A stretch of DNA of 64,000 bases from Bacteroidota bacterium. GTDB taxonomy: Bacteria; Bacteroidota; Bacteroidia; AKYH767-A; 2013-40CM-41-45. The stretch covers positions 315-64,314 of the forward strand of contig SHNE01000050.1 of the NCBI GenBank assembly GCA_004295015.1, given 5' to 3'. Below are positions 59,367 through 64,000 of this stretch, piece by piece (positions within the stretch are counted from its first letter, which is position 1; the number at the start of each line of letters is the position of its first letter). The notes beneath the pieces are model-generated. The model saw only the letters and a list, made by a program, of their open reading frames with translations, had not been told where the DNA came from and ran no database searches. The position numbers and the translations under genes are program-made.

Positions 59367-61061
59367 ATGCTAAAGTTCAGCTTCTGTCTTTTTTCCGTCT
59401 TGGTGATTTCAATATTGAATCTCAAAGCACAAACATGGGCTTGGTTAGAGCCACAGGTTTGCGGTATTAATAATTCTAAGATAGCTAATACACCTGATGG
59501 TGGTTTTATTATGTATGGAAATTTTAAAGATTCAATACGCTTCGGTGGAAATTTCTTATATGCAGACAGTGGAACCTACGATATGTATATTGCCAGATAT
59601 GATAAATATAAAAATGTTTTGTGGACGAAATCTTTTGGCGGAACGTACATGGATTCACAAACGCCGATGGATCAATTGAATGATCTGAAAATCGATATTA
59701 ATTCAAATTTGGTTTTTGCCGGTTCATTTGCTAAGCAATTTATTTATGGGAATGATACCTTGAATTCGATACGAGACTGGCAGGATGGATTTATCGCCAG
59801 TTGCGACTCACTCGGAAATCCTCTTTGGATCAGGCATTTTCATGGAAGGGCAGCAGAAGGGGCATATGCACTTTTTCTTGATGATGCCGACAACATGTAT
59901 TTAGGTTGTTCTTACATCGATTATGATCCGATAGATACTATCATATTCGAAGAAAATCACCTTGTAATCGATTCGGTAATCATTCCTTTCAGGGGTAACC
60001 AAGATAATTGTTTAATGAAGATAAATGCAAATGGGAAAATTGAATGGGTAAATGCATGTGGAGGAAAAGGCAATGATTTCACAGACGGATACAGTTTTGA
60101 TACTCATGGGATGCTGTATGTTGCCATGAGAATGGATAGCACATTGTATATTGGTTCGGATAGTGTAATCTCGCGTGGTTACAATGATTTGGTAATAGTA
60201 AAGTATGATACTACCGGTGATTTAATTTGGAAAAAGCAATACGGTAACAGCAGATATGATAATTTATTTGTTGAATTTGGAGACGGACCTTTTGGCTATA
60301 TTTTCGGCAGACTCGATTCGATAACCACCATTGACGGCGTAGATTTAGTAGCAACGTCAGGGAACTCAAATTGCTTTATCGCAAAAATTGATTCTTCCGG
60401 AAGTTATATAGACTCTAAAATATTCTCATCAACCGGTTATAATTCATTCATTAATCATCTTGTATTGGATGACATAGGGAATCTGTATTTTGTCGCAACT
60501 ACGTGGGGTGGGAATTTGCAAATTGACACCTTTAACGTTTCTGGCCTCGGACAGTTTAATTCCAGGTCATTTATTGTTAAAGCAGATGAAAATCTGAATG
60601 CTCTAAAAGTAATTACCGCTAATGATTTCGGCAGGGCTACTTTTAATTATCTCTCGAGTGTTCCTGCCGGACTTTTGGTTCTTGGTAAAACAGATACGAC
60701 CTTGATCATGGGAGCTGACACAATGAATAATTTTGCTTCCTGTATGGCCAGGTTTATGGCCCGGCTGGATTTTACTATATCAGTGGATGAATTAACTTAC
60801 CTCTCTTCACTTTCCTTGTTTCCAAATCCTGCAACGGAAAGGGCAGAATTGTTGATTAAATTAAATCAGCCTTCCAAAGCTTTGATAAATATTTATTCTA
60901 TGGAAGGAGTTCTAGTTGCCAGTCTGACAAGAGATCTACTTTCGAATGTAGTTAACAGAGTCTCAATTAATCTTGAAAGTTACACTATTTCGAAGGGAAT
61001 GTATATCTGCGTAGTGCAAACCGGAGTTGAAAGGCGTGCAATTAAATTGATTGTTCAATGA
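59367..61061 (+). CDS. SBBP-like beta-propeller repeat protein with T9SS C-terminal domain
   Basis: The ORF has a signal peptide and repeated D..GN.Y..G motifs. The C-terminus reads LFPNPATERAELLIKL...GMYICVV. Confidence 0.7.
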   Translation: MLKFSFCLFSVLVISILNLKAQTWAWLEPQVCGINNSKIANTPDGGFIMYGNFKDSIRFGGNFLYADSGTYDMYIARYDKYKNVLWTKSFGGTYMDSQTPMDQLNDLKIDINSNLVFAGSFAKQFIYGNDTLNSIRDWQDGFIASCDSLGNPLWIRHFHGRAAEGAYALFLDDADNMYLGCSYIDYDPIDTIIFEENHLVIDSVIIPFRGNQDNCLMKINANGKIEWVNACGGKGNDFTDGYSFDTHGMLYVAMRMDSTLYIGSDSVISRGYNDLVIVKYDTTGDLIWKKQYGNSRYDNLFVEFGDGPFGYIFGRLDSITTIDGVDLVATSGNSNCFIAKIDSSGSYIDSKIFSSTGYNSFINHLVLDDIGNLYFVATTWGGNLQIDTFNVSGLGQFNSRSFIVKADENLNALKVITANDFGRATFNYLSSVPAGLLVLGKTDTTLIMGADTMNNFASCMARFMARLDFTISVDELTYLSSLSLFPNPATERAELLIKLNQPSKALINIYSMEGVLVASLTRDLLSNVVNRVSINLESYTISKGMYICVVQTGVERRAIKLIVQ

Positions 61062-61062
61062 G

Positions 61063-63372
61063 TTATTTAATTTTTTTCTTAATGTCTTCAATAGAAAGCA
61101 AAATAACTTCATTCGTTGCAGGTAGTTTAAACATCGGTTCGAACTCATGATTTCCAACTGAAGAAACTGCATCTTTAATTGCTAACCAGGTACTGAAGGC
61201 AAGCATGAAGGGCGGTTCCGCAACAGCTTTACTTTTTCGAATTGCTTTGGGATTGGGAACTCCTTGTAAAAGTTTCACTCTGAAATCTTGCGGTATATCC
61301 TGTACGGAAGGAATTTTGTATGTGTCAGGTGAATGATTGAGTAAATTTCCTTTAGAGTCCCACTTGACTTCTTCGGTCGTTACCCATCCCAGTCCTTGTA
61401 TAAAACCTCCTTCAACTTGTCCGAGGTCTATGCCCGGATTAATTGAGTCGCCTACATCATGCAAGATATCTGTACGAAGATGTTTAACATAGCCAGTGAG
61501 TGTATCAACCAGCACCTCACTTACTGCCATTCCGAAAGCGAAATAATTAAAGGGTGTTCCCCAGCCTTGAACTTTATCCCATCCAATTCCGGGTGTTTTG
61601 TAAAAACCTGCGGCACTTAAGCTTACCTGATTCAGATTAGCTAAAACCATTGCCTCATCAAATGCAATTTTACGATCAGGATAGAGTGAATCAACGATTG
61701 AATTATTTTCAAAGACAATATGTTCAACACTTGTTGCTTTTTCCGGCCGGCGTTTGTTGAATTCTGTCACCATCAAATTGGCAATTCGTTCCTTCAACTG
61801 GTCGATGGCGTTTTTTACTGCCATCCCGTTTAAATCAGTTCCCGCTGAAGCAGCTGTGGCTGATGTGTTAGGTATTTTTGAAGTGTTTGTAGCATTCACT
61901 TTTATTCGATCCAGACTTACTCCCAGTTCAGCAGAGGCGATTTGGGCGATTTTTGTATTTAGTCCCTGACCCATTTCTGTACCACCATGATTGACTAATA
62001 CTGTCCCGTCTTTATAGATATTCACCAAGGCACCGGCTTGATTGAGAAAGGATGTCGTAAATGATATTCCAAATTTAACCGGTGTGAAAGCGATTCCTTT
62101 TTTATAGTAGTCGTTCTTTGAATTAAACTCCGCAATCTCCTTTCTTCGCTTTTCATATTCTGAAGAAGTATACAATTGGTCGAAGATTAGTTCAAGGCGG
62201 TTTAGCTCAATCGTTTGTCCGTAGTGCGTGATGTTATTTTTTTCAGTTCCATAGAAATTTATTCTCCTTACTTCTGCCGGATCCTTTTTCAGGAAACGAG
62301 CAATCCTGTCTATTACTTGTTCCATACCTGCCATTCCCTGCGGTCCACCGAATCCACGGAAGGCTGTGTTTGAAGGTAAATTTGTCTTGTATGCCTTTCC
62401 TGTGACGAGCATATTTGGTATATAGTAGGAGTTATCTGCGTGCAACATGGCTCGCTCCAAAATGGCCATACTTAAATCTGTCGCGCAACCTGCATCAGCG
62501 TTTTGTTCAAAAATTAATGATGAAATTTTTCCATCATCATCAAAACCGGCTTCATAATTTATCAGGAAGGGATGTCTTTTACCGGTGATTTTTTGATCAT
62601 CGTCTCTGAATAAACGGATCTTTACCGGACGTCCTGTGGCGTGACATAACAGAGCTGCCCATGCAGCACAATGATTAGCCTGCGTTTCTTTTCCGCCAAA
62701 AGCCCCGCCCATCCGACGTATTTCCACAACGACTTCATTTTTATTTATTCCTAAAACTTCTGAAATGATGGCTTGTGTTTCAGAAGGATGTTGGGTGGAT
62801 GAAAAGACATTAATCTCTTTTCCTTCTCCTGGAATGCAAAGGCATGTTTGTGTTTCTAGGTACCAGTGTTCCTGTGCACCGGTTTCCAACTCACCGCTAA
62901 TGACATGTTTTGCATCTTTCATTGCAGAAGGAGCATCCCCGCGTCTCATAGTACGTGCAGGTGCGAGGAGGGTGTTTTCTTTGATTGCAGTACGTATATC
63001 AAGGATAGCAGGAAGAATTTCATAGTCTATCCAAATCAAAGATTCCGCATGTCTTGCAATGGTTTCATTTTCAGCTGCGATAATAACTATAGCTTGTCCT
63101 ACGCAGATTACTTTATCTGCAGCCAGACAAGGTTCATCATGTACTACCGGTCCCATTTGATTGTGTCCGGGGATTTTTTTATGAGTAATAACGGCATGAA
63201 CCCCCTTTAATTTCTGAGCTTCTGTGATGTCAATGGATTTAATTTTAGCATGTGCATGCGGGCTATACATGACGTGTCCATGTAAAATCTGTGAGTGCAT
63301 TGGGATATCATCAATATAAATTGATTTTCCACTTACATGTTTCTCCGCGCTATCGTGAGGTATATTTAGCAT
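61063..63372 (-). CDS. xdhB: xanthine dehydrogenase molybdopterin-binding subunit
   Basis: 769-aa ORF. It has the N-terminal a/b-hammerhead region HVSGKSIYIDDIP, the Moco-binding motifs GGAFGGKET and GFGGPQG, and the active-site Glu context AVAEPP. Confidence 0.9.
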   Translation of the reverse strand: MLNIPHDSAEKHVSGKSIYIDDIPMHSQILHGHVMYSPHAHAKIKSIDITEAQKLKGVHAVITHKKIPGHNQMGPVVHDEPCLAADKVICVGQAIVIIAAENETIARHAESLIWIDYEILPAILDIRTAIKENTLLAPARTMRRGDAPSAMKDAKHVISGELETGAQEHWYLETQTCLCIPGEGKEINVFSSTQHPSETQAIISEVLGINKNEVVVEIRRMGGAFGGKETQANHCAAWAALLCHATGRPVKIRLFRDDDQKITGKRHPFLINYEAGFDDDGKISSLIFEQNADAGCATDLSMAILERAMLHADNSYYIPNMLVTGKAYKTNLPSNTAFRGFGGPQGMAGMEQVIDRIARFLKKDPAEVRRINFYGTEKNNITHYGQTIELNRLELIFDQLYTSSEYEKRRKEIAEFNSKNDYYKKGIAFTPVKFGISFTTSFLNQAGALVNIYKDGTVLVNHGGTEMGQGLNTKIAQIASAELGVSLDRIKVNATNTSKIPNTSATAASAGTDLNGMAVKNAIDQLKERIANLMVTEFNKRRPEKATSVEHIVFENNSIVDSLYPDRKIAFDEAMVLANLNQVSLSAAGFYKTPGIGWDKVQGWGTPFNYFAFGMAVSEVLVDTLTGYVKHLRTDILHDVGDSINPGIDLGQVEGGFIQGLGWVTTEEVKWDSKGNLLNHSPDTYKIPSVQDIPQDFRVKLLQGVPNPKAIRKSKAVAEPPFMLAFSTWLAIKDAVSSVGNHEFEPMFKLPATNEVILLSIEDIKKKIK

Positions 63373-63446
63373 GGTTATATTTCGGGGGTCTGATATTTTT
63401 TATAGCTTTTCTTATTGGTCAATGAACCTTGGATGGTGTTTTGTTT

Positions 63447-63569
63447 TTGCCACGAATGCACGAATTTCTCCATTAATAAACCTGTTATACAAATGACTCT
63501 TGATATGCTATTAATTCTTTTCGCTGAAATCACGAATTATTTCAGATTTTATTCGTGCATTCGTGGCAA
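63447..63569. repeat. non-coding inverted-repeat element: 19-bp perfect arms made of a doubled CACGAAT word, 85-nt spacer, inside the xdhA-xdhB intergenic region
   Basis: The left arm is ttgccacgaatgcacgaat (63447-63465). The right arm, attcgtgcattcgtggcaa (63551-63569), is its exact reverse complement. A third copy of the word, cacgaat, lies at 63531-63537. Confidence 0.85.
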
Positions 63570-63577
63570 TACTCAGA

Positions 63578-64000
63578 CTAGCTATGCTCTGACCAGAATT
63601 TTATAAGAAGATTCTTTGCAGCTACTCTTCGAAATTCAGCTCCTGATCTGGCATCTGTCAAAGGAGTGAATTCATGGTAAATTAATTCTGCCGCTTCTTC
63701 TATATTTTTTTCATTCCATTTTTTACCCAGAAGAAAACTTTCTGACTTTGATGCCTGCTTTGTTTTCTCCGCCATTCCTCCATAAGCAAGGATTATTTCT
63801 TCAATTGTATCACTCTTGATTTTTAGTCTGAAGGCCGCGCTCACAGTCGAGATATCAAGGTCTTTACGTTTCGATACTTTATATGAGCTGACGATGGTTG
63901 ATTTATCCGGAATAGGAATATGCACGGCAGTGATGAGTTCATCGGGTTTTCTTTGAGTTTGTCTGTAGCCGGTGATGAATTCCTTCATGGGAATAAGCCG
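63578..64000 (-). CDS. xdhA: xanthine dehydrogenase small subunit, C-terminal part (5' end outside the window)
   Basis: The frame is open to the window edge. The sequence resembles the C-terminal domain of a CO-dehydrogenase flavoprotein (KVSKRKDLDISTVSAAF..., TPLTDARSGAEFRRVAAKNLL). It lies directly upstream of xdhB. Confidence 0.85.
   Translation of the reverse strand, partial: RLIPMKEFITGYRQTQRKPDELITAVHIPIPDKSTIVSSYKVSKRKDLDISTVSAAFRLKIKSDTIEEIILAYGGMAEKTKQASKSESFLLGKKWNEKNIEEAAELIYHEFTPLTDARSGAEFRRVAAKNLLIKFWSEHS

Noticed and set aside
63415-63606. 63-aa plus-strand ORF in the xdhA-xdhB gap
   Set aside because: It spans both arms of the inverted-repeat element and overlaps the xdhA stop. 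The Cys/Phe-rich translation looks non-genic, so the repeat structure explains the region better.

Overview
This 64-kb chromosomal segment has the hallmarks of a Bacteroidota genome. It is AT-rich (roughly 40% GC by eye, not computed). Six proteins end in T9SS C-terminal sorting domains, TAnnTTTG -7 boxes sit upstream of several genes, the class Ia RNR is eukaryote-like, and the SDH is the cytochrome b558 type.

Most of the window is housekeeping or secreted-protein content:
- a truncated Tat-Rieske protein, glyQS, DUF3109 and nrdB-nrdA
- a T9SS C10 cysteine protease with a translationally coupled lipoprotein
- a free-standing NUMOD4/HNH endonuclease and sdhCAB
- several peptidases (M1, DUF885, M49 DPP-III, two amidohydrolases)
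- small c-type heme proteins, a GNAT, a hybrid histidine kinase, hflX and a LysM lytic transglycosylase
- a four-gene secreted TPR / TPR-MORN / transglutaminase / dead-transglutaminase operon
- SBBP/SprB-repeat T9SS adhesin-like proteins

The 3' quarter (about 49.5-64 kb) is a purine catabolism cluster: guaD, xdhC, a divergent malate-synthase-like gene, uraH, uraD, alc, allB, puuD, xdhB and xdhA. Three unrelated secreted-protein genes interrupt it.

The signals I consider most worth follow-up:
1. Three non-coding inverted-repeat elements whose arms are doubled short words (ACGCAGAT / CACGAAT). The two intact copies have 85-86 nt spacers. In this window all three lie inside the purine cluster, one of them between xdhA and xdhB.
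2. The malate-synthase-like enzyme embedded in the urate-to-glyoxylate operon.
3. An isolated pair of small ORFs that overlap in different frames across an A8 run.
4. The long structured nrdB leader.

I found no rRNA, tRNA, CRISPR array, IS element, prophage or recognisable defence system. All homology calls are motif recognition by eye, not searches.
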